Source of the DNA: Geosiphon pyriformis uo1
Taxonomy: Eukaryota > Fungi > Glomeromycota
Length of the DNA stretch: 14,094 bases
Assembly: GCA_016748015.1 (NCBI GenBank)
Contig: JAAOMT010000392.1
Coordinates: 10,136-24,229, forward strand
Direction: 5' to 3'
Under the pieces are notes generated by a model. It did not search any database. It saw nothing but the letters and a program-made list of their open reading frames with translations, and was not told the DNA's origin. A program made the translations under genes and the position numbers. Each line of letters opens with the position of its first letter. Position 1 is the first letter of the stretch. Shown one piece after another: positions 1 to 9,149 of this stretch.

Positions 1-905
1 TTTTTTATTCAAAAAATTACAAAAGCAAACAAATATTTTTTAAATTAAATTAAGAAATACCAATTAGTTTTTTATTTACAAATATTTAAATATATAATAT
101 TCAAAATTAATATTTGTATCTTTATAGTTGTTTTTTTTAAGAGTTTTATGTTTTTTATAATTATTTTTTTAATTATATTAAAAAATAATAATATAATTGT
201 TTTATGTATTAAGTATATATTTATTTATTTTATTATTAGTTTTTTTAATTTAATAATAATATGTATTTTATTATTAATTATAGTAATTTGTTTTTTAATA
301 ATCAAAATAGTATTTAAATAATTTTTGTAATATTTATAAAAAATATAAAAAATATTTTGATTTAAAAAATAATTATTTATATTAATTATTTTAAAAATAA
401 TATATTTATTTATAATTAATTTTATAATATTATTATAATAACTAATTATATTATTTATAATATTTTTTAAGTTGTATATAATAAAAAAATTACTTATTAA
501 AGATTATTTTATATTAATCTTATAAAATATAAAATTATTATTTAAAATTTTATTAACTATAAATAGTTGTTTATTAATTAAAACACTTATTTTCATAAAT
601 ATTATTTCTGTTTAAATAGTATTTTAAAACTAAATTATATAAAAAATATATTTTAGCATTTTTATTTTTTTAAAAATAATTATTTATGTTTTTATTGATA
701 AGTTAAAAATAATATTAATTTTTTTGGTAATTTGTTTAAAAATACTTTTTTAATATTTATTTTTATAAAACAAATAGAAAAACTTATAATTTTTTATATT
801 ATAATTTACAATTTTATAAACAAACAAAATTAAAAACAATATTTTATCTTATAAATTTGTTTTTATCTGGTTTTGGCTAAAATTTTATATAATGTTTTAT
901 TAAAA
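1..905. other. Extremely AT-rich, heavily eroded sequence; probably the oldest, no longer decodable repeat layer
   Basis: Almost no G or C, no ORF of 60 aa or more in the supplied track, and no motif I could reconstruct. The origin is inferred from context only. Confidence 0.4.
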
Positions 906-1041
906 TTTTTTTTTATTAAATATTTAATAAATATGATCCAACTATTATTTAAAAGTTAAAAACAAACTAAATATTTCAGAGCTAAATAAGATTTATGTAC
1001 TTTTTATATGTAATTAACTATTTAAACCAGTTCAGATTATA

Positions 1042-2361
1042 TTATACTAATATAATTAAAAAAATTTATTTGATAAAGACATTTTTTAAACTATTTTAAA
1101 CAAGATAAAATTACCAAAAATTAATCTAACCAGCTATTTAATTATTTTTAAATAGTTAGTTCTAATCTTAACAAATTTATAAATTTAAAGTAAAATTAAA
1201 TTAGAAAATGTCTTATTATTAATAACAACTTAATTCACAAAACTACTAGACATATTAATATTATCTATACAATATTTTTTTTTCAATAATATCATTTTTT
1301 TTTCTAACTTACTAATAATTTTGTTAAAAACATACAGATATATCATAATTTTATTAACTCTAAAGCTAAAGATACTGTTCAAAACAAAATTATTCTTAAA
1401 AAATTGTTCAAATACAATTACCAAAAAACCAACAAGTATAATAATAGATCAAACTAAAATAATTAACTTGGTTAAACCAAATTCCAAAAAAACCAATCAA
1501 AAAAAAACCAAAAAATTATCAACTACTACAAAAAAAAAAATACTATTAAAAAAAAAATCAAAAATGTTTACAAGCACAGAAGTCTTAATATAAGACTTAA
1601 TATTTATAAAATAAAATACAAATATCTTAAAAATCTTGAAAGAAAAAAACAAAAGCACTTTATAATTTACAATCAGATAGTCTATTTTTTGATACCTAAA
1701 ACAGTATTAACAATCAGAAATTTTCTATCAGATATAATACTTCTTTAGTATATTAGTTTTGATTACTATAGCATTTAAATCAGTTTAAAATCTAAATATA
1801 ATCAAAACAAACTAAGAACAACAACCAGATTTAGGAAAGTAAGAAATAAAACACATTTAACCATCAATTTAAAAAATTATATTACTAATCTTAAAGACAG
1901 TACAGCCAGAAAAAAAATTGATTAACTTGGTCTTAAACCTATTATAAAACAAAGTAATCTTATTTTAATTTACCAAAAAAAAATTCTAATACTATTCTTA
2001 TTTACTAATACTAATTAATAATTTAAAGCAGACAGAATAACATTCAGTTTTTTAAAATAAACAATAATATATTGTTAAATACCAGCAAGCTTTAGTATAA
2101 TATAGATAATCTTATTAAACTTACTAAGTACTGTCTTAATATTAGCAGTAAACATATCTAAAAATATATTATGCAGTATAACAACAACAAAAAGAGAACC
2201 AGTTTTAAAAATCATTAAAGACTTGGCAATTTTAAGAATCAAATAAACAGAGCTTATAAGCTTAACCAAAAAAGCAGCTTCTAAAGATTTTTAAGAAGTA
2301 AACTTTATACAAAAAAGCTTTATATTGTCTTTTAATATTGACTTTTTATCCAAAAAACCAT
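1042..2361 (-). pseudogene. Decayed non-LTR (LINE-like) retrotransposon ORF1 with two RRM-like domains and a CCHC zinc knuckle; 5' part cut off by the LTR at 2362
   Basis: The minus strand reads NGFLDKKSILKDNIKLFCIKFTS*KSLEAAFLVKL...VVILHNIFLDMFTANIKTVLSKFNKIIYIILKLAGI*QYIIVYF...KTKLINFFSGCTVFKI...FVLIIFRF...C-FR-Y-QKID-Y-LIVN-Y (1703-1662). The last motif has exact CX2CX4HX4C spacing with TGT>TAT and CAT>TAT changes. RRM-RRM-CCHC is the established layout of many non-LTR ORF1 proteins. Supplied ORFs 2075-2269 and 1230-1424 are fragments of it. The 3' end is approximate. Confidence 0.6.
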
Positions 2362-3244
2362 TGTTATAAGTAATTATTTGGGATGTTAAAATAAATAACA
2401 AACTCATAACTTGGTGCTTAATAGTTAATAATACTGTTGATAGTTTCTGAAAATTTTTTGGATTTAAAAGTTTTGGTTAAGTTTTTTGTATAATAAACAA
2501 ATATTTACTTGATAATAGTTTTTTTAAATTTTTTTTTTTAATGTAAAGGCTAGTTTAATCTGGTAATTATGTCTTTTTAATAAGCTATCTTTAAATTTTT
2601 ACTCTTGTTTTATAAGTCTTTTACAGACTATTTTTAATATCAAAAAATAAACAAAAAATAAACAAAAAAAAACATAAAAAATTAGTATTCTATCAATAGC
2701 TATAATCAAAAACCATTAGTTTAGCATAGTTAAGTTGTTAATAAAATTGAGAAATAATGATGTTGATCTAATAAAAAAAATGCCATAAATTAGATGATAA
2801 AACAATAATTTTATTTAATATTTAAATAATTCCACTTTAAGATATAACAAACTATCTTTTAAAGGAAAAAATATGTTATAAATATTTATTGTTAACTAAC
2901 TAAAAACTTATCAAAATGTGAATTAAGTAAATTGAATATTTTGAATATTTTTTAAATATTTTTTTTTACTTTTAATACTACTGTTATATATACATAATTT
3001 CTATTATACAAAATTTTACACATTCCTATTTTTTTCTATGTTATTTTCTAAAACTGTGCTTATTTCTAAACAATATGTTATAATTTCTTAAAAATGTATT
3101 GTAATTTCTGAAAATGTGCTTATTTTTTGTAAATATACATATTCTTAAAAATATGTTTATATATTGAGTACTATTTTTTTATTGGCCTATTTTTCTGATT
3201 TGTTTTTTTTATTTTTTTCTTGTACTTTTTTTCTATAAGTAACA
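2362..3244 (-). repeat. LTR C (883 bp, 3' LTR)
   Basis: On the minus strand it starts TGTTACTTATAGAAAAAAAGTAC, matching 5982 onward, and ends ...CAAATAATTACTTATAACA, matching 6895-6913. Termini are TG...CA with a TGTTAC/GTAACA-type inverted repeat. Confidence 0.9.
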
Positions 3245-3247
3245 TTA

Positions 3248-3258
3248 TTTTTTCTTTT
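3248..3258 (-). other. Polypurine tract of element C (probably G>A eroded)
   Basis: The minus strand reads AAAAGAAAAAA-TAA-TGTTAC immediately upstream of the 3' LTR, the canonical PPT position. Confidence 0.55.
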
Positions 3259-3467
3259 AATATTAAGCTCTATCAAAATTTTTATTTTGAATTAATTTTA
3301 TTTCTTTTTTTTTTAATATTATGTATTTAATTTTGGTTTTTAGGTTTTCAAATTGAAAATTGGTCATTTTTTTTATTGGTTAACTATTATTGTTTCTATT
3401 TTTGTATACAATAGTATCTTTGGATAATTTTAAAATATAATATATAGTCAATAGATTGTTTTGATAT

Positions 3468-3596
3468 TATTACTCATAAAAAAAAAAGACAAAAAAAAGA
3501 CAAAAAAACAGATCATAAAATAAACCAATCAAAGAATAGTATTCAATAAGTGAGCACATTTTTAAAAAATTATGACACACTTTTAGAAATATACAC
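3468..3596 (+). repeat. LTR D, 5'-terminal 129-bp fragment interrupted by element A
   Basis: TATTACTCATAAAAAAAAAAGAC...AAATAAACCAATCAAAGAATAGTATTCAATAAGTGAGCACATT aligns with the LTR start TGTTACTTATAGAAAAAAG...AAATAAACCAATAAAAAAATAGTATTGAGCATGTGAGCATATT at 5982. A second LTR start begins at 3597. Confidence 0.75.
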
Positions 3597-4517
3597 TGTT
3601 ATTTGTTGAAAAGTACAAAAAGAAAATAAGAAAAACAAATAAAATAGATTAATAAGAGAATAAAACTTAATAAGTAAGCATAATATTAAAAAAATTATGA
3701 CATATTGCTTAGCAATTGGCATATTGTCAGTAAATTATGGCATACTACTCAGCAATAAGCACATTGTCAGAAAATCATAGCATATTGCTCAGCAATAAAC
3801 ACATTGTCAAAGAAAATAGGACATATTGCTCAAAAAAATATGAGATTTTATATAACAAGAATTATATATATATAGTAAGAGTATTAGAAACAAAAAAGAT
3901 AGAATTAATACAAACAAGATTAGTTACAATTCATTAATTATCCAATACTTTTTTTTTCAAAAAATAGTTTTCTATAACTTAAAGTGAAATTAACTTACAT
4001 ATTAATAAAATATTAATTATCATCTAAAATCCATGTTACTATTACTTAATTAAGAAATATTAATTAATTCTATGCTATTAACATTTAATGTTAATAAAAT
4101 TTAATACTTAATTACACTAAATCAATAGCTTTTGATTATAGATATTGACAAGATACTAATTTTTTATTTTTTTTAGTTTTTTAGTTTTTTTTATTTTTCT
4201 TGTTTTATTTCTTGTTTATTAATTGATTAAAAAAATTATGCACTAAGTATTTAATGTCAAAAATAGTCTGATAAAAAAAGAGTAGAAATTTAAGAATAGC
4301 TTACCAAAAGAGCATAATTGCCAAATAAACCAGCTATTATGTTGAAAAAAAAATTCACAAAAAAAACTATCAATTAAATATTTGTTTATTATACAAAAGA
4401 CTTAACCAAAACTTTTAGACTCTAAAACTTTTAGAAATTACCAACACTACTAGTTATTAAGTACCAAGTTACAGATTTGTTATTTGTTTTAATACTTCCA
4501 AATAAGCACTTATAATA
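3597..4517 (+). repeat. LTR A (921 bp, 5' LTR)
   Basis: Starts TGTTAT and ends ATAATA (decayed GTAACA), followed by TT and a PBS. It has the same internal order as LTR B: A-rich head, 40-bp repeats, TATATATA, T-rich tract, U5. Confidence 0.85.
3692..3836 (+). repeat. ~40-bp tandem repeat (about 3.5 units) in U3 of LTR A, core ATTGCTCAGCAAT
   Basis: Units: AAATTATGACATATTGCTTAGCAATTGGCATATTGTCAGT / AAATTATGGCATACTACTCAGCAATAAGCACATTGTCAGA / AAATCATAGCATATTGCTCAGCAATAAACACATTGTCAAAG / AAAATAGGACATATTGCTCAAAAAA. Confidence 0.85.
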
Positions 4518-4519
4518 TT

Positions 4520-4536
4520 TGATGCTCTCTATGAGA
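4520..4536 (+). other. Primer-binding site of element A (decayed)
   Basis: TGATGCTCTCTATGAGA, 2 nt after the LTR end. It differs from B's TGGTGCTCTCTGTGAAG only by G/A transitions. Confidence 0.75.
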
Positions 4537-4581
4537 TATAATCTAACAGAAAACCAGCACTAATATTAATCATCTAAAAAA

Positions 4582-5981
4582 GTAGTAAATCAAGAAATTA
4601 TAAAAGAAAATTATTTAAAATTTGCGAAATTCTTATTTTAACATTATCAAACCCATCTTAGACTAACAAGTAATAATTGGCCAATAGAATCAGCTTTCAA
4701 TTTTTACATCAACAAAAAAATTAAATCCTATTTGGAAAACCAAAAAGATCCAGAAGCTGCTCTCAATAATTTCTACAGCAAATTATTCTAAAGCATTACA
4801 ATTTTACCAAATTATTTGTTTACATTACTAATCATAGAAATAAACAAAAAAATTGAAAAATATATCTAACAAAGATTTTTTATTATTTTTGCAGATAAGA
4901 AAAATTTATATACTCTAACAAAAATATCAAGAAAAATACAACTATTTAATTAGAAAAAACCAAGAATTATTTTACTTATTTATTTATTATACTATTATAT
5001 ATTAGAAAGTACTATATATATACTATCAGAATTCACATTACCATCAATTGTGAAAACACTATTACTCAAAGTATTATTCCAAAATAATTAAGAAAAAGCC
5101 AAATTATTAAGAATCTATAATGATTACTTTAAAAAATTTAGATCATAATCAACAATACTATTAAAACTTTAATTATTACTACTCCAATCAAATTTCAAAT
5201 TTATCAGTCATTAAAAAGATATTAATTCAGAAGAGAAAAACAGCAATCAGGAAAATAATAATCAAAACCTGATTCCAAATAATCTGAAAATACAAACTCT
5301 AATTGCTCTAACTTTGTCAAATCTAAATAATCTAAACTCTGTTCTTATTATTTAGCAAAACTTATCTTCAGTTATTGTGATCAATCTATTAGTTGCACTA
5401 ATTGTCTTATCACAACAATGATTTCAATAATAATTGTAATAACAACAACTAATATTAATAACATATACACTTATTGCTAAACTCAAAAAATACATTGGCA
5501 AAAAAAACAATGCTTAAGCATGATTGAATAATGTTGTCAAAACAATTACAGCCAATAACTGAAATAATGTCAGAGTCTTTTAAGCTATTTTTTATTACTT
5601 ATAAGATACTATTAACTCGTAATATTAAAATCTTATTAACAAGCCACAAATTTTTAATATGTTTAAAACTGTATTTTTATAATACTTTAGCAATTATAAC
5701 AGCATTAATTAGTTATTAACTAGTTTTGCCACAATTAAACAAGGCAATACTGAAGCAGTTACTACTTACTTAAAATGTTTTCACAAAAATCTGTGCCAAA
5801 TACAGACAATTCAAGCTGATTACTTTACTAAGACACAAATTTTAAACCAGTTTATTTATGGATTATACAGTAGTTTGTTATAATAAATATGTCTAATACA
5901 CTCAAATATCTTTTAAAATACAGTCATATACACCAAAGATTTTGAATTAACCAAACTCAAAGCCAATTATGTCTAAACCAT
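4582..5981 (+). pseudogene. gag: Decayed gag of element A (N-terminal extension and capsid domain), truncated by insertion
   Basis: From 5458 it reads ITYTLIAKLKKYIGKKNNA*A*LNNVVKTITANN*NNVRVF*AIFYYL*DTINS*Y*..., then IKQGNTEAVTTYLKCFHKNLCQIQ...ILNQFIYGL. This is a retrotransposon-gag pattern (KQG-xxE-xV-xxY-xxxF and QFIxGL). Confidence 0.8.
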
Positions 5982-6082
5982 TGTTACTTATAGAAAAAAG
6001 TATAAAAAAAATAGTAAGAAAAACAGATAAAAAAAATAAACCAATAAAAAAATAGTATTGAGCATGTGAGCATATTGCTGGT

Positions 6083-6228
6083 AAATTATGGCATATTGCT
6101 CAGCAATGTAAGCAATATCAATAAATTAGAACATATTGCTTAATAATATAAGCAATGTTAATAGATTAAAGCACATTATTCAGCAATATAAATATTGCTT
6201 AAGAAATTATGACATATTGCTCACAAAT
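6083..6228 (+). repeat. ~40-bp tandem repeat (about 3.5 units) in U3 of LTR B
   Basis: Units start at 6083, 6123, 6163 and 6204; consensus approximately AAATTATGGCATATTGCTCAGCAATGTAAGCAATGTCAAT. Confidence 0.85.
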
Positions 6229-6257
6229 ATATAAGATTTTATAAAACATTAATTATG

Positions 6258-6265
6258 TATATATA
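6258..6265 (+). promoter_or_regulatory. Putative LTR TATA box
   Basis: TATATATA lies about 30 bp downstream of the U3 repeat array and recurs at the same place in LTR A (~3864-3874) and LTR C (~2985-2992, minus). The AT-rich background weakens the call. Confidence 0.5.
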
Positions 6266-6915
6266 GCAAGAATGTTAAAAGCAGAAAAGAGAGAACATAC
6301 AGCTAGAATTCTCAATTACAAAACACAATTAGAAGTAGTTCAAAATTTATATTACATATTAATAAATTATCAATTACCACTTAAATTTATGTTATTATTC
6401 TTGATTAAAAAATCTTTATCATTTTTACTCTATCAACACTTAACTATACAAAAACAATAACTCTTGATCACAGCTATTGACAGGATATTAATTTCTTCTT
6501 TTCTTTATTTTTTTTTATTTTTTTATTTTTTGTTCTTTTTTTTGTTGTTTATTGTTTACTAACGGATTTAAAAGATTAAGTATTAATTAATTAATGTCAA
6601 GAATAGCCTGGTAAAAGATCCAGAAATAAGGATATAGAACTCAAAAATTGAGAATAACTTACCAAAAAAGCATGACTGCTAAAATAAACTGACCACTATG
6701 CTAAAAAAAGAAATTAACAGAATAAGCATTTTGAAAGACTACTAAAACAACCATTAAATCTCTGTTTATTATACAAAAAATTCAACCAAAAATCTTCAGA
6801 TATGAAAATTTTCAGATACATAAATCTTCAGATATTACCAATCATATTACTTATTAAGCACCAAGTTATAAATTTGTTATTTGTATTGACACTCCAAATA
6901 ATTACCTGTAATATT

Positions 6916-6932
6916 TGGTGCTCTCTGTGAAG
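6916..6932 (+). other. tRNA primer-binding site of element B
   Basis: TGGTGCTCTCTGTGAAG, 2 nt after the LTR end. TGG is complementary to the tRNA CCA end. The A/B consensus is TGGTGCTCTCTGTGAGG. Confidence 0.85.
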
Positions 6933-6977
6933 TATAATCCAGCAAAAAACCAATATTAACAACAACTATCCAGAAAA

Positions 6978-9020
6978 GTGACAGACCAAGAAAGTATAAG
7001 AGAAAACTATTTAAGATTCACAAAATCTTTATTTCAGCAATACCAAAATCATTTTGAATTGACAAGTAACAATTGGCCAGCAGAATCAGCTTTCAATTTC
7101 TAAATCAACAAAAAAATTAAAGCATATTTGAAAGCCCAAGAAAATCTAGAATCTGTTCTCAATAACTTCAACAGTAAATTATTCCAAAACATTACACTTT
7201 TACCAAACTATCTGTTTGCACTAACAATTACAAAAATAAATAGAAAAATTAGAAATTACATTTAACAAAAATTTCTCATTACTTATGTAAATAAAAGCAA
7301 AGAAAAATTACAAACACTAACAGAAACACTAAGAAAAATACAATCACCTACTTGAAAGAAACCAAAAGTTGTCTCTCTTATACACCTATCATACTATCAT
7401 ATTTCAAGAAATACCATTAACATAATATTAGCAGGCATGTTCACATCAACTATGAAATCACTGATAGCTAAAATTCTATTTCAGAGTAAACTAAAAAAAG
7501 CAAAACTATTGGGAACCTATGACAAGTATTTTGAGGAATTTAATTTATGACCTACAATACTATCAGAACATTGGTCACCATTACCACAACTGGATTTTGG
7601 AATTACCAGCCCTTGGAAAAAAACTGATTTAGAAGAAGAAGAAGATAAAAATCAGAAATTTAATTACCGAAATTCAATCTTAGAAAATCTGGAAATACAA
7701 ACTCCAATTATTCTAACTCAGCAAAATCAGAACAATCTAAACTCCAATCCTATTATTCTTCAAAACTTATCTTCAGTAATTGTGATTGATTCACCACCAG
7801 TTGTCTCAATTGCCAAACAACAACAACAACAACAATAGCTCCAATAATTACTTCAACTACCACTATTATAACAACTGTTATTAATAGCATATACACCAAT
7901 TGTCAAATTAAAGAAATTCAACAGCAAAGAAAACAATGTCCAAGTTTAATTGAATAATATTACAAAAGCCATTACTGCCAATAATTGAGATAATGCCAAA
8001 GCTTTCCAAGTAATTCCATATTTTTTCCAAAATACTACTAATTCATAGTATTAAAGCTTGATCTAAAAGCCCCAAAATTTCAATGATTTTAAAATTGAAT
8101 TTTTGAAATACTTTAGTAATAATAATAGCATTAATTATTTCACAACTGTCTTCACTACTATCAAACAAGGAAAAACTAAAGCCATTACTATTTACCTAGG
8201 ATATATTCATAGAAATTTGTACCAAATACAAGCAATTGATACAAATTATTTTACAGCACCACAGATTTTGAATTGACCAAGCTAGAAACTAACCATGTTT
8301 AAACTATTAATCTAGTAATGAACAGATCATCTGACTTGAATTCCAAATTGAAACAATTCAGTAATTTTATTAATCAAAAATTAAAGAAATACTTAGCTAA
8401 CAATCAAGCAATTTATCAATTTTCACAATATCACAATAATCCAAGAAACCCAAATTATTTCTAAAATCAACTGCATCTATTATTAACCAATCAACAGTAA
8501 CAACAAGAGATATTTAGTTGCTACTATTGTAATAAACAAAAACATCTACAAATTGACTGTTATATTTGGTTAAATAATCAACAATTGGAAAATCAATATT
8601 AAAATTCCAATTACCAATTTTAGATTCCAAACTATCAGCCAAACCAAGACTAATATCAGTCTCATTATTTATCAATAATACAACAAGCAATATATTTACT
8701 GCCAATTTATTAATCTTTAACATTGGCAATATATCAATTGCAGTTTCAAATTATCTATCAATCATAACAACTTTAAATACCACTACCAAACTCAGCTCAA
8801 ATGACAACCAGAAATCAAAGACTGAGGATCATTCATACCTAACAAAACTGGAGATTGGCAATAATAATACACCAACCAATTCCTAGTTTCTTAAATCAAT
8901 TATTAGGATTATGCCAACAGAGTTTGGATATTGGGTACATTCAAAACTCAAATTCTTAGAACTACTTAAGTCTTCTGGTTATCTCAGAAGACACTCAAAT
9001 TAGCAAACAGAAATCTAGTC
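6978..9020 (+). pseudogene. gag: Decayed gag of element B: ~300-aa N-terminal extension, capsid (from ~7884), CCHC knuckle (8519-8560) and Q/N/Y/P-rich tail
   Basis: Reads IAYTPIVKLKKFNSKENNVQV*LNNITKAITANN*DNAKAFQVIPYFFQNTTNS*Y*SL...IKQGKTKAITIYLGYIHRNLYQIQ, and has an intact knuckle CYYCNKQKHLQIDC. The start codon could not be determined. Confidence 0.85.
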
Positions 9021-9149
9021 AGATTACTTACCAATAACATCCTATCAGCAATTATTACTAAAAACAAATTACTTACCACTATCTTTCTTTTTGAATTTGA
9101 GGAATCAGTTAAAATGCTTTTATTCAATAAAGCCATTCTAGAAGCAAAA

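Larger units (their letters stand above)
2362..3467 (-). mobile_element. Gypsy element C, 3' end only (internal remnant, PPT and 3' LTR)
   Basis: The LTR is the reverse complement of LTRs A and B. It is preceded by a purine tract and followed directly by LINE sequence rather than a PBS, so it is a 3' LTR. Confidence 0.8.
3597..5981 (+). mobile_element. Gypsy element A, 5' part (LTR, PBS, partial gag), interrupted by element B
   Basis: Colinear with 5982-8307 in the order LTR, PBS, gag. It stops mid-gag at ...GTCTAAACCAT, where B's homologous gag continues TAATCTAGTAATG. Confidence 0.9.
5982..6913 (+). repeat. LTR B (932 bp, 5' LTR)
   Basis: Starts TGTTAC and ends GTAATA (GTAACA with one C>T), followed by TT-TGG. 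Homologous to 3597-4517 and to the reverse complement of 2362-3244. Confidence 0.9.

Noticed and set aside
1321-1593. 90-aa Lys-rich plus-strand ORF
   Set aside because: It is the antisense shadow of the T-rich LINE ORF1 remnant, with composition driven by A-runs.
3692-3836. Palindromic repeats at regular spacing resembling a CRISPR array (also 6083-6228)
   Set aside because: The spacers are homologous to one another, the array lies inside LTR U3, and there are no cas genes.
3737-3937. 66-aa ORF in LTR A and 62-aa ORF 6272-6460 in LTR B
   Set aside because: They lie in LTR repeat/TATA regions and are not conserved as the same ORF between LTR copies.
2362-4517. Large inverted repeat suggesting a DNA transposon or foldback element
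   Set aside because: It is explained by LTRs of one family inserted in opposite orientations (C minus, D and A plus).
5531-5719. 62-aa plus-strand ORF
   Set aside because: It is out of frame with the recognisable gag capsid translation of element A.
3597-6913. LTR A and LTR B as the two LTRs of one short TRIM/LARD-like element
   Set aside because: Both are followed by a PBS and gag, there is no PPT before LTR B, gag A is cut mid-domain, and the LTRs differ by indel blocks.
6909-6990. Non-AUG (GTG) start of gag, since no in-frame ATG follows the LTR-end stop in B
   Set aside because: ATG>ATA decay is expected under this mutation pattern, and A has an in-frame ATG at 4531 of uncertain polarity. 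It cannot be decided from two copies.
8514-8729. 71-aa antisense ORF over the gag knuckle
   Set aside because: It has no motif and is expected by chance opposite a low-complexity Q/N-rich region.
9005-9035. Programmed gag-pol frameshift at the frame 2 to 3 change
   Set aside because: I see no recognisable slippery or Ty-type heptamer, and five other frame changes in B look like lesions. It cannot be told from a random indel without other copies.
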